Below are positions 47,831-56,750 of a DNA stretch of 64,000 bases, in pieces (the stretch's first letter is position 1; every line of letters begins with the position of its first letter). Source of the DNA: an uncultured Chloroflexia bacterium (lineage in GTDB: Bacteria; Chloroflexota; Limnocylindria; Limnocylindrales; CSP1-4). Made by a program: the position numbers and the translations under genes. A model generated the notes under the pieces. The model made no database searches, had not been told where the DNA came from, and was given only the letters and a program-made list of their open reading frames with translations. The stretch spans positions 64,001 to 128,000 of the forward strand of contig CAVRGP010000013.1 of assembly GCA_963720755.1 (NCBI GenBank), read 5' to 3'.

Positions 47831-50602
47831 TCAGGCGGCGGCTGGCACCGACGCCACCGCGGCGGAAGCATCAGTCTCCTCGACCGTCCGGATCTTGAGC
47901 AGCTTCCTGCCTTCCTCGACGACGATGAGCGACAACGCGACGATGATGCAGATGGCCCACTGGTCGATCGACAGGCTCACCGTCCCGAGGACCCGCTGCA
48001 GGACGCCAAGCTCGGTCGCGAACAGGATCGTCAGGACCGAGATTCCCGTCCCGATGAGGAGCGGGCGGTTGGCGAGGACGGACCCACCGAAGAGCGACTC
48101 ATCCTCATCCGCCGTCTCCAGCGAGGAGAAGAGCCGGAAGAGGGCGAACGTGGTCATGCCCATCGTCCGGGCCACCGTGTCACCCAGACCGGATCCGCTT
48201 GCCCAGGCCAGGACGCCCAGGGTCCCGGCGGCCATGATCAGGCCGCAGAGCACGAGCCAGCGCGTCAGGCGCGGCGGCATGATCTTCTGCTCCTTCGGTC
48301 GCGGTGGGACCGCCATGAGGCCCTCACGCGGCTTGCCGTAACCCAGGCCGATCGCCTGGAACACGTTGACCGTGAAGTTGAGCCACATCGTCTGGAGTGG
48401 CAGGAACGGGATCCCACCCAGGATGTTGAGCAGGGACGAGCCGAGGAACGTGGCGATGAAGCCGAACAGACCGGCCATCTGGAAACGGATGAAGCGCATG
48501 AGGTTGTCATAGACCGAGCGTCCCAGGCCGACGGCCTTGACGATCGTGGCGTAGTTGTCGTCGGTCAGGATCATCACGGCGGCCTGCTTCGAGACCTCCG
48601 TCCCGGTGATCCCCATCGCGATCCCGATGTCGGCCTTCTTGAGGGCCGGAGCGTCGTTGACGCCATCGCCGGTCATCCCGACGACGTGGCCTTTCTTGCG
48701 GAGGATGTCGACGAGGTGGACCTTGTCCTCCGGCGACACCCGGGCGATGACGCCGATGCCATCGATCTGGCGCATCGCCTCGTCGTCGCTCATCGCGCGG
48801 AAGTCGGCGCCGGTGATCGCCCGGCCCTTGATCCCGAGCTGGTGAGCGATTGCCTCGGCGGTGACCGCGTGGTCACCCGTGATCATCCGGACCTGGATCC
48901 CGGCCGCATGGGCCTGCGCGATCGCGTCCTTTGCCGCCGGGCGTGGCGGATCGACGATCCCGACGATCGCCAGGAGCGTGAGCCCGTCGATCGCGGGGAG
49001 CAGGTCGGCATTCGGATCGAACGTCGCCGGGTCGAAGTCCTTCTGGCCGGTGGCCATGACCCGGAGACCCATCGTACCGAGACGCTCGTTCTCGGCAAGG
49101 TAGGCGTCGCGGATCTGCGCAACCGGGACCGCGACCCCGTCCGGCCCATGGGCGGTCGTGGCGCGGGCCAGGAGTTGATCCGGTGCGCCCTTGATGTAGC
49201 CACGGATGACGTCGCGGCCGTTCGCATCTTTCATGGCATGGAATGTGGCCATCATCTTGTAGGCGGCATCGAAGGGAAGGGTCGCGACTCGCGGGTATTG
49301 CTCACGGGTGAGAGATGGGTCGACGCCCCCCTTCGCCGCGAGCACGACGAGCGCCCCTTCGGTCGGATCGCCCACGAGTGCGCCGTCGCGGACCTCGGCG
49401 TCGGCGCACAGCGCCATCGGCAGGAAGTACGGCTCGAGCGGAACGTCGGGCTGGCCGCCGGTCTTGGTGATCTGACCGGTCGTCTGGTAGCCGTCGCCGC
49501 TGATCGCGTAGCGCCGGCCGACGATCGCCATCTGGACGGCCGTCATCTGGTTGAGGGTGAGCGTGCCGGTCTTGTCGGAGTTGAGCGCGGACGTGGAGCC
49601 GAGCGTCTCGACCGAGCGCAGCCGCTTCATGATCGCGCCGGCCTCGGCCAGCGTCTGCGAGCCCTTGGACAGGATGGCGGTGACGACGGCCGGGAGGGCG
49701 GTCGGGATCGCCGCCACCGCGAACGCGACGGCGCTCAGGAACAGCTCCTGCGCCTGGATCCCGCGGTACAGGCCGAGGGCGATCGAGACGACGAGCGCGA
49801 TCCCGGCGATGACCAGGATCTGGTTGGTCAGCGCGTCGAGCTGCTTGGTCAACGGCGTCTTCTCGATACCCGTTGCCTGAAGCATCCCGCTGATGTGGCC
49901 GACCTCGGTCCCCATCCCGGTGGTCGTGACGAGGATGGTGCCCGCGCCGCGGGTCACCTGGCAGTTCATGAAGGCCATGTCGACGCGATCGCCGAGGGCG
50001 GCGTCGGCCGCGACGGCGTCAACCTGCTTGGGTGTCGGGACGCTTTCGCCGGTGAGCGCCGATTCGTCGATCTCGAGGGTCGCCGCGGACAGGATCCGGG
50101 CGTCGGCCGGGACGAGATCGCCGGCCTCGATGTTGACGATGTCGCCGGGGACGAGCTGGTCCATCGGGATCTCGACGAGATCGCCGCCGCGACGGACCTT
50201 CGCCTTGACCACCATCATGCTCTGGAGGGCCGAAGCGCTCGCTTCTGCCTTGCCCTCCTGGTTCATGGCCATCCAGGCGTTGAACATCGTGAGCAGGAGC
50301 AGGAAGACGCCGGTGTAGAACTGACCGGGCAGGAACAGGCAGATGATCCCGGCGACCAGGAGGACGAGCTGCATCGGGTCGGCGTACTGCCGCGCGAACA
50401 GCTGCCACTTGGACGCCTTCTTGGCCTGGGCGAACGTGTTCGCCCCGTACTTGGCGCGTCGCCCATCGGCTTCGGCCGACGTCAGGCCGACCGCGGGATC
50501 GACCTCGAGGCGGCTGGCGGCCTCGGCCCCCGTGAGGGAGTACCAGGCGACATCGGGCGCAGCCTGGGCGGATCCGGCCGCCGGAGCGGTCGATGCGGTC
50601 AT
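47831..50602 (-). CDS. P-type ATPase (P2-like scaffold, atypical membrane site)
   Basis: LTGES, DKTGTLT, KGAPD, MITGDH, GDGVNDAPALK. Confidence 0.95.
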   Translation of the reverse strand: MTASTAPAAGSAQAAPDVAWYSLTGAEAASRLEVDPAVGLTSAEADGRRAKYGANTFAQAKKASKWQLFARQYADPMQLVLLVAGIICLFLPGQFYTGVFLLLLTMFNAWMAMNQEGKAEASASALQSMMVVKAKVRRGGDLVEIPMDQLVPGDIVNIEAGDLVPADARILSAATLEIDESALTGESVPTPKQVDAVAADAALGDRVDMAFMNCQVTRGAGTILVTTTGMGTEVGHISGMLQATGIEKTPLTKQLDALTNQILVIAGIALVVSIALGLYRGIQAQELFLSAVAFAVAAIPTALPAVVTAILSKGSQTLAEAGAIMKRLRSVETLGSTSALNSDKTGTLTLNQMTAVQMAIVGRRYAISGDGYQTTGQITKTGGQPDVPLEPYFLPMALCADAEVRDGALVGDPTEGALVVLAAKGGVDPSLTREQYPRVATLPFDAAYKMMATFHAMKDANGRDVIRGYIKGAPDQLLARATTAHGPDGVAVPVAQIRDAYLAENERLGTMGLRVMATGQKDFDPATFDPNADLLPAIDGLTLLAIVGIVDPPRPAAKDAIAQAHAAGIQVRMITGDHAVTAEAIAHQLGIKGRAITGADFRAMSDDEAMRQIDGIGVIARVSPEDKVHLVDILRKKGHVVGMTGDGVNDAPALKKADIGIAMGITGTEVSKQAAVMILTDDNYATIVKAVGLGRSVYDNLMRFIRFQMAGLFGFIATFLGSSLLNILGGIPFLPLQTMWLNFTVNVFQAIGLGYGKPREGLMAVPPRPKEQKIMPPRLTRWLVLCGLIMAAGTLGVLAWASGSGLGDTVARTMGMTTFALFRLFSSLETADEDESLFGGSVLANRPLLIGTGISVLTILFATELGVLQRVLGTVSLSIDQWAICIIVALSLIVVEEGRKLLKIRTVEETDASAAVASVPAAA

Positions 50603-51582
50603 GACTTCTTCCCCTTCCCCTTCTTCGCCTTCCTGGCGGCCTTCTCGGCAAGGTCGGCTTCGACCGGGTCGGGGGCTGCGCCGGGAGGAGCCGCCCCCTC
50701 GAGCGCGACCTTCTGCGCCTGGAGTTCCTCGTGGGCCTCTCTCGAGACCTTCGGGAACTGCGGGTCGATCTCGATCAGGGTGTTGGCCAGGACGCCGGCC
50801 GCAGCGACCCGGGCGAATGGCTTGTCATCGGCGGGGATCACGTACCACGGCGCCCACGGCGTGCTCGTCTTGGACAGCACGTCGCTGAATGCCTTCTGGT
50901 AGTCGTCCCAGTAGGCTCGTTCCTTGGCGTCGTTGGCGCTGAACTTCCAGTTGCGGTCGGCGTCGTCGATCCGGGTCAGGAACCGGCGCCGCTGCTCCTC
51001 CTTGCTGACGTTGAGGAACAGCTTGACGAAGCGGAACCCCTGGTCGGTCAGGTAGTGCTCCCAATCGTTGATCTCGCGGAAGCGCCGGTTCCAGATCCCC
51101 CGGTCCTTGAGCTTCTTGGGGATCTTCTGGCCGGCCAGGATCTGGGGATGGACCCGGACGACGAGGACCTCCTCGTAGTACGAGCGGTTGAAGATGCCGA
51201 TGTTGCCTCGTTCGGGCAGCTTCTTGGCGTAGCGCCACAGGTAGTCGTGGTTCAGGTCTTCCGATGAAGGGATCTTGAAGCTGCTGACCTGGACGCCCTG
51301 CGGGTTCACCCCGCTCATGACGTGGCGGATCGTGCCGTCCTTGCCGGCCGCGTCCATCGCCTGGAGGACCATGACCACGCCGTAGGTGTCCTGGGCGGCG
51401 AGGCGCGTCTGGTATTCGGCGAGCAGGCCGACCCCCTCGGCGAGGATCTGCTTGGCTTCCTTGACGCTTATCCGGCGGGATCCTGCGGGATCGAAATCGT
51501 CGGGCAACCGAACCCGCTTGCCGGGTTCGACACGGAACGGCTCGATGAACTCGGCGATCCGCTTCGGTCCGATGTCAGCCAT
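50599..51582 (-). CDS. ppk2: Polyphosphate kinase 2 family protein (class III-like)
   Basis: QAMDAAGKDG, FNRSYYEEVLVVRVH, NWKFS, PWYVIPADDK. Confidence 0.93.
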   Translation of the reverse strand: MADIGPKRIAEFIEPFRVEPGKRVRLPDDFDPAGSRRISVKEAKQILAEGVGLLAEYQTRLAAQDTYGVVMVLQAMDAAGKDGTIRHVMSGVNPQGVQVSSFKIPSSEDLNHDYLWRYAKKLPERGNIGIFNRSYYEEVLVVRVHPQILAGQKIPKKLKDRGIWNRRFREINDWEHYLTDQGFRFVKLFLNVSKEEQRRRFLTRIDDADRNWKFSANDAKERAYWDDYQKAFSDVLSKTSTPWAPWYVIPADDKPFARVAAAGVLANTLIEIDPQFPKVSREAHEELQAQKVALEGAAPPGAAPDPVEADLAEKAARKAKKGKGKKS

Positions 51583-51784
51583 GGGGGATTCCCTTTCGCT
51601 CGGATGGTCAGCCCAACATGTTGGGACATGGCGTGGTAGTTCCGCAATGTTCGTCATCGCACCCGGCCCCGGGACATCGACCGAAGGCCCGTCTCGACGT
51701 GCCGTTCTACCCGTTCGGGCGCATCCGGAGAGGACTACGATACGAGCGGTGGTCGTCGATCAGATCACAGAAGGAGAGCTACGC

Positions 51785-52189
51785 GTGAAGAACCCACCGA
51801 TCCTCATCTCCGTCCTCGGCTTCTTTGCGGCCCTGGCCGGCTTCGCCTGGCTGTTCCTCGGCCTGCGGATCCTCGGGTTCGATTGGTTCGGGGCCTTGGG
51901 TGACCTTCCGGCGTTCGAGCACGTCGGCATCTGGGGCTGGCTGATCATCGGCCTGGGCATCCTCTGGCTGCTCGTCGCGCTCGGTCTGTGGGCGCTCCAG
52001 CCGTGGGCCTGGATGGTGGCCATGATCGTGGCCGGGCTCGCGCTGTTCGAGGCCTTCCTGTGGTTCGTTCAGTACCCTGGCAGCGGCGTCGGCTTCGGGA
52101 TGGCGTTCCTCCCGTTCATCATCATCCTGTACCTCAACGGCCGCGAGGTGCGGACCGCCTTTGGGGTCGACAACGCGCAGGCCGCCTGA
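51785..52189 (+). CDS. Four-TM membrane protein of unknown function
   Basis: Hydrophobic helices, LQPWAW; AAGGAG RBS before GTG 51785. Confidence 0.8.
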   Translation: MKNPPILISVLGFFAALAGFAWLFLGLRILGFDWFGALGDLPAFEHVGIWGWLIIGLGILWLLVALGLWALQPWAWMVAMIVAGLALFEAFLWFVQYPGSGVGFGMAFLPFIIILYLNGREVRTAFGVDNAQAA

Positions 52190-52276
52190 CTCGCACCCAG
52201 GATTGCGCCGCCGGTCCATGCTTGCGTCCGATTGGACGCACGTCCAGTTCAACCTACGAACAAGGGAAGTGACGCA

Positions 52277-52744
52277 ATGACAGACCGATCGCTCGACGAG
52301 CTGGGGCCCGTCGATTTCCTGATCGTCGAGTTCCCGGCAGGGCAGCAGAACTTCACCGGCGAGGGCGCCGAGGAGCTCCTCCGGCTTCACGACGCCGGGA
52401 TCATCCGGGTGATGGACATCCTCATCCTGCAAAAAGGGGATGACGGGACCGTCATGGCGCAGGAGCTCGGCGATCTCGCCGACCTTGGCGAGCTGGCCCG
52501 GCTCGAGGCCGAACTCGTCGAGACGTTGGCCGAATCGGACGTCGATGACCTCGCCGCCGCGATGGATCCCGGGAGCGTCGCCGCCGTGCTCGTCTACGAG
52601 AATCTGTGGGCCGCGCCGTTCGCCTCGGCCATGCGCCGGGCCGGCGGGCAGCTGATCGCCAACGGCCGGATCCCGATCCAGGCCATCATCGCCGCTGTCG
52701 AGGCCGACGAGGCCGAGGCTGCACTCGAATCGGTAGGAGGCTGA
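52277..52744 (+). CDS. DUF6325-like acidic protein
   Basis: LGPVDFLIVEFP, LVYENLWAAPF and GRIP motifs. Confidence 0.82.
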   Translation: MTDRSLDELGPVDFLIVEFPAGQQNFTGEGAEELLRLHDAGIIRVMDILILQKGDDGTVMAQELGDLADLGELARLEAELVETLAESDVDDLAAAMDPGSVAAVLVYENLWAAPFASAMRRAGGQLIANGRIPIQAIIAAVEADEAEAALESVGG

Positions 52745-52745
52745 C

Positions 52746-52952
52746 ATGCCGCTCGGTCCAGGTCGTAGAGGCGTCGGAGTCATCGGCGCCCCGGTCGCGA
52801 AAGCGGCCGTCGTCACCGCGGCGGTCAGGCCCGGTCCATCACCGGTCGCGAAAGCGGCCGTCGTCACCGCGGCGGTCAGGCCCGGTCCATCTCCGGTCGC
52901 CAAGGCCGCCGTCGTGGGCGCGGCCGTGACCCCAGGTCGTCGTCGCTTCTAG
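52746..52952 (+). CDS. 68-aa basic tandem-repeat peptide
   Basis: AGGAGG RBS; three copies of PVAKAAVV(T/G)AAV(R/T)PG. Confidence 0.75.
   Translation: MPLGPGRRGVGVIGAPVAKAAVVTAAVRPGPSPVAKAAVVTAAVRPGPSPVAKAAVVGAAVTPGRRRF
52791..52937 (+). repeat. 51-bp tandem repeat, about 2.9 copies
   Basis: Units start at 52791, 52842 and 52893; the first two are near-identical and the third differs mostly at synonymous sites. Confidence 0.9.
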
Positions 52953-52981
52953 GTCGCGAGTCGGCCAACCATTCATACGGC

Positions 52982-53019
52982 GTCGGTGCCCCGGTCCGTG
53001 ACAGGGTCGGGGCACCGAC
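52982..53019 (+). terminator. GC-rich hairpin after the repeat peptide
   Basis: GTCGGTGCCCCG-14nt-CGGGGCACCGAC, 12-bp stem; weak U tail. Confidence 0.5.
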
Positions 53020-53109
53020 ATTCCGTCCATACACGGAATCGATGCGGCTCGTACTATCCGGAATCGTAGCGCCGATCGATGGGCTACCACCACGCAGGAG
53101 CTCACGCCA

Positions 53110-54606
53110 ATGGACGCGCCAAGCAAACCCAAACGGCCAGTCCGCCGTGGTGCCCCCAATGCGACCGTCGCCGCCGTCTACGACGCCGCATGGGGCCAGG
53201 AAGCTCCATCGGGAGACGTGTGGACGGCCCGGCCCTGGGTCCATCCGGCCGACCGTGCCGAGGCCGGAAAGTCCGCTCGGAAACGCGTCCCGCGAACGAG
53301 CCACGCCGCCTTCGAGCCGGCAGCCGATCGAGATCCGATCACCATCCTCGCGGCACAGGAGGCGGACCGCCTTGCCGATCTCGTCCCACTGCGTCACGAC
53401 CGGATGGCCGCTTCGGCCTTCGCCTACTACCGCGGGACGCCGGCGGTGATGGCGTTCGACCTCGCCTCGACGCCCAGATCGGACATCGTCGTCCAGGCCA
53501 GCGGTGACGCCCACATCAGCAACTTCGGCCTGTTCGCCTCCCCGGAGCGGGCGCTCGTGTTCGACGCCAACGACTTCGATGAGACCCTCCCGGGGCCGTG
53601 GGAGTGGGACGTCAAGCGTCTCGCCGCAAGTACCACGATCGCCGCCCAGGCCAATGGGTTCAGCCCATCGGCGACCCGCGAGGCGACGATGGCGGGCGTC
53701 CGCAGCTACCGCCAGTGGATGGCCCGCTATGCGGGCATGCGCCTGATCGATGTGCTCTACGCGCAGATCACCGACGGCGATATCCGCGAGGCGGCGGACG
53801 CCGCGGGCTTGCTGAGCGGTCGGACGGCGGCCGGCCGTCGCCAGCGCCTCGACGCCATCTTCAGCAAGGCCCGCCAGCGCGACGGGATGCGGGCGTTCGA
53901 GTCGTTGACCGGGGTCGTCGATGGTCGCCGGGTGCTGCTCGACGACCCGCCCGTGGTCACCCATATGGATATGTCCGCGATGGGCGGCCAGGCGGGCCTC
54001 GAGAAAGTCTTCACCGACTACCGCTCGACGATGCCCGAGAACCGCCGGAACTTCCTCGAGCGATATCGGTTCGTCGACGTGGCTCTCAAGGTGGTCGGCG
54101 TCGGGAGTGTCGGGACGCGCTGCTTCATCCTCGTCCTCGAGGGTCGCGACGAGAACGACCCGCTCATCCTCCAGGCCAAGGAGGCGAGCACGTCGGTCAT
54201 GGACCCGTACGTCGAATCGACGACCCACAAGAACGAGGGGCAGCGGGTGGTCGTCGGCCAGCAGATCATGCAGGCGACGTCCGACGTGTTCCTTGGCTGG
54301 ACGCGTGGTCCGGGCGGCCGGGACTTCTACATCCGACAGTTGTGGGACATGAAGGGCTCGGTCGACATCACCAAGCTCCAGCCGGTCGGTCTCGGCTTCT
54401 ACGCCGGCATCTGCGGTTGGGCGCTCGCGCGCGCCCATGCCCGGTCCGGTGATGCGGTCGCGATCGCGGCGTATCTCGGCACGGGCGATACGTTCGACGG
54501 CGCCATCGCCGACTTCTCGGAGACGTACGCGGACGTGAATGAGCAGGACCACAAGACCTACGTCCAAGCGATCGAAGCCGGACGGGTGTCGACGCTCGAG
54601 GTCTGA
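53110..54606 (+). CDS. DUF2252 family protein
   Basis: FAYYRG, GDAHISNFG, FDANDFDET, KVVGVGSVG, LARAHARSG. Confidence 0.9.
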   Translation: MDAPSKPKRPVRRGAPNATVAAVYDAAWGQEAPSGDVWTARPWVHPADRAEAGKSARKRVPRTSHAAFEPAADRDPITILAAQEADRLADLVPLRHDRMAASAFAYYRGTPAVMAFDLASTPRSDIVVQASGDAHISNFGLFASPERALVFDANDFDETLPGPWEWDVKRLAASTTIAAQANGFSPSATREATMAGVRSYRQWMARYAGMRLIDVLYAQITDGDIREAADAAGLLSGRTAAGRRQRLDAIFSKARQRDGMRAFESLTGVVDGRRVLLDDPPVVTHMDMSAMGGQAGLEKVFTDYRSTMPENRRNFLERYRFVDVALKVVGVGSVGTRCFILVLEGRDENDPLILQAKEASTSVMDPYVESTTHKNEGQRVVVGQQIMQATSDVFLGWTRGPGGRDFYIRQLWDMKGSVDITKLQPVGLGFYAGICGWALARAHARSGDAVAIAAYLGTGDTFDGAIADFSETYADVNEQDHKTYVQAIEAGRVSTLEV

Positions 54607-54716
54607 CGCTTCGAGGTGCGTAGCCCCGAGACCCTCCTCCCAGCCTGATTCCGGTTTTCGCGACCTCGCGATCCGATAGTGGTCATCGATCGCGTCGGCG
54701 GCTCCAGGGCCGGGGA

Positions 54717-55859
54717 TCAGCCCATGGCAGTCGCCGGGTAGAACCGTCGTCTGGCCCACAGGGAGACCGAGACCAGGCCGACGAGCACGGGGACCTCGAT
54801 GAGCGGCCCGACGACGCCCGCGAGCGCCTCTCCTGAGGTGACCCCGAACACGCCGATCGCGACGGCGATCGCCAGTTCGAAGTTGTTGCTCGCGGCCGTG
54901 AACGACATGCTCGCGTTCTTCTCGTACGTCAACCGGAGTCGGAGCCCGAGCGCGAATGAGCCGAACCACATGATCAGGAAGTACGCCAGCAGTGGGACCG
55001 CGATCATCGCGACGTCGAGCGGCTGGGTCGTGATGACCTCGCCCTGCAGGGCGAACAGGATCACCACCGTGAACAGCAGTCCGTACAGCGCCCACGGCCC
55101 GATCCGCGGGATGAAGCGGGTCTCGTACCACTCTCGGCCATGCGTCCGCTCACCCCACTGACGGGTCAGGTAGCCGGCGACGAGGGGGATGCCGAGGAAG
55201 ACGAGGACGATCTTGGCGATGTCCCACATGGACACGTCGAGGGTCACGGTCTGCAGCCCGAGCCAGGTCGGCAGCAGCTCGAGATAGAGATAGCCCAGCA
55301 CCGAATACGCCACGATCTGGAAGACACTGTTGATGGCGACGAGGACGGCAGCCGCCTCCCGGTCACCGCACGCCAGGTCGTTCCAGATCAGGACCATGGC
55401 GATGCATCGCGCCAGGCCGATGATGATCAGCCCGGTCCGAAACTCGGGCTGGTTCGGCAGGAAGATCCAGGCGAGCGCGAACATGAGGGCCGGGCCGACG
55501 ACCCAGTTCAGGAACAGCGAGTTCGCCATCAGCCTGCGGTCGCCCGCGATCCGGCCGACCTCTGCATAGCGGACCTTCGCCAGGACCGGATACATCATGA
55601 TCAGCAGACCGAGCGCGATCGGAAGCGAGATCGACCCGATCCGAACCGCGTCCAGCCAGTCGTTGAGGTCTGGCACCAGCCGCCCGAGCGCCAACCCAAA
55701 AGCCATGGCGCAAAGGATCCAGAGCGGCAGGAATCGATCGACCGCCGAGAGGCGGGCGACGGCCGGCACTGGATCGTGGGTAGGTGGCTCGAGGACAGCC
55801 GGCCGGCTCACGCTTCCACGGATCCGCCCGGGATGCGATCGCCCGTCGTCGGCTGACAT
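54717..55859 (-). CDS. acr3: ACR3 family arsenite efflux transporter
   Basis: MMYPVLAK, GLARCIAMV, SNNFELAIAV, GPLIEVP; start could be about 50 nt further downstream. Confidence 0.94.
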   Translation of the reverse strand: MSADDGRSHPGRIRGSVSRPAVLEPPTHDPVPAVARLSAVDRFLPLWILCAMAFGLALGRLVPDLNDWLDAVRIGSISLPIALGLLIMMYPVLAKVRYAEVGRIAGDRRLMANSLFLNWVVGPALMFALAWIFLPNQPEFRTGLIIIGLARCIAMVLIWNDLACGDREAAAVLVAINSVFQIVAYSVLGYLYLELLPTWLGLQTVTLDVSMWDIAKIVLVFLGIPLVAGYLTRQWGERTHGREWYETRFIPRIGPWALYGLLFTVVILFALQGEVITTQPLDVAMIAVPLLAYFLIMWFGSFALGLRLRLTYEKNASMSFTAASNNFELAIAVAIGVFGVTSGEALAGVVGPLIEVPVLVGLVSVSLWARRRFYPATAMG

Positions 55860-56042
55860 TCACCCGGATCGGGTCGCATGCCCCGACCGTACACCTGCAA
55901 GCCGCTTGAAGGTCAAGTCGCCGAGCGTCCGCGTATCCAGGTCCTTCGGGCTGGTGGCGAGGAGGTCGTGCCAGACCCGCCTGATCGGTCTTGCGCCCAC
56001 CAGGTAACGATGCGCGAACGATGTGGGTGCAGACTGTCCCGG

Positions 56043-56333
56043 ATGGATCGACCTGTGGCAGCGATCGCCCGCGGTGGGATGACCTCGGTGGGCCTTGTTG
56101 AGCGCGCGACGCTCATCACCCTGTTCGCCGTTGCGACCATCGCCTGTCTGGTCTTCGTCCGTCTGGACGCCACGGTGTTGTTCGTCGCCTACGGCGGTGC
56201 CGGAGCGTACCTCGTGGTACGCCGGCCCACAAACAGCATCGGCTGGTTGCTGATGGTCGTCGCGGCTGGGCTCGCGCTGGGGGGCGTCCGTGTGACCGCG
56301 AGAGAAGATCGGGGGCATCGTCGCGTCGGGTGA
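56043..56333 (+). pseudogene. N-terminal fragment of a membrane sensor-type protein
   Basis: GAYLVVRRPTNSIGWLL resembles the TM input region of membrane sensor proteins; similarity ends near 56300. Confidence 0.5.
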
Positions 56334-56562
56334 GGATGATCTCGGCTGTCCGGCGGGCGCGCACCATCGGTGACGCAACCGCCCGGTCCCAGCTGATCCC
56401 GGCCAGGGCGACCGCGAGTTCGGCTGCCTGCGCCTCCCCGTCGGCGTTCATCGGCTGATCGGTCCGCGACAGGAGTCGATCGGTCGCATTCCAGTCGGTC
56501 TCGCCATGGCGGACGAGATACATGCGCGGTCGGCTCGGCGGGGCTTCGAGGTCGGAGGTCAT
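56300..56562 (-). pseudogene. Truncated histidine phosphatase (phosphoglycerate mutase family)
   Basis: YLVRHGETDWN and ASPMVRARRTA present; the C-terminal half with the second catalytic His is absent. Confidence 0.75.
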
Positions 56563-56750
56563 CGGGCTACCTGACCATCTCGATCTCGCGCACCACGCCC
56601 AGGGGCGGCGGCTTGGGGGCGTCTCGCTTGCTTCCCAGAGAAGGTCCGGGGGCTTCCATAGGACGAAAGTCACCCAGCCAGCGGCTGAGCTCTGCCCGCG
56701 AATCGTGCGGTATGCTCGGTCCTGCGCCGCCTCGTCACGATGCGCGAGCG

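Noticed and set aside
52791-52937. 51-bp repeats as a CRISPR array
   Set aside because: Head-to-tail with no spacers, in frame within an ORF, and no cas genes
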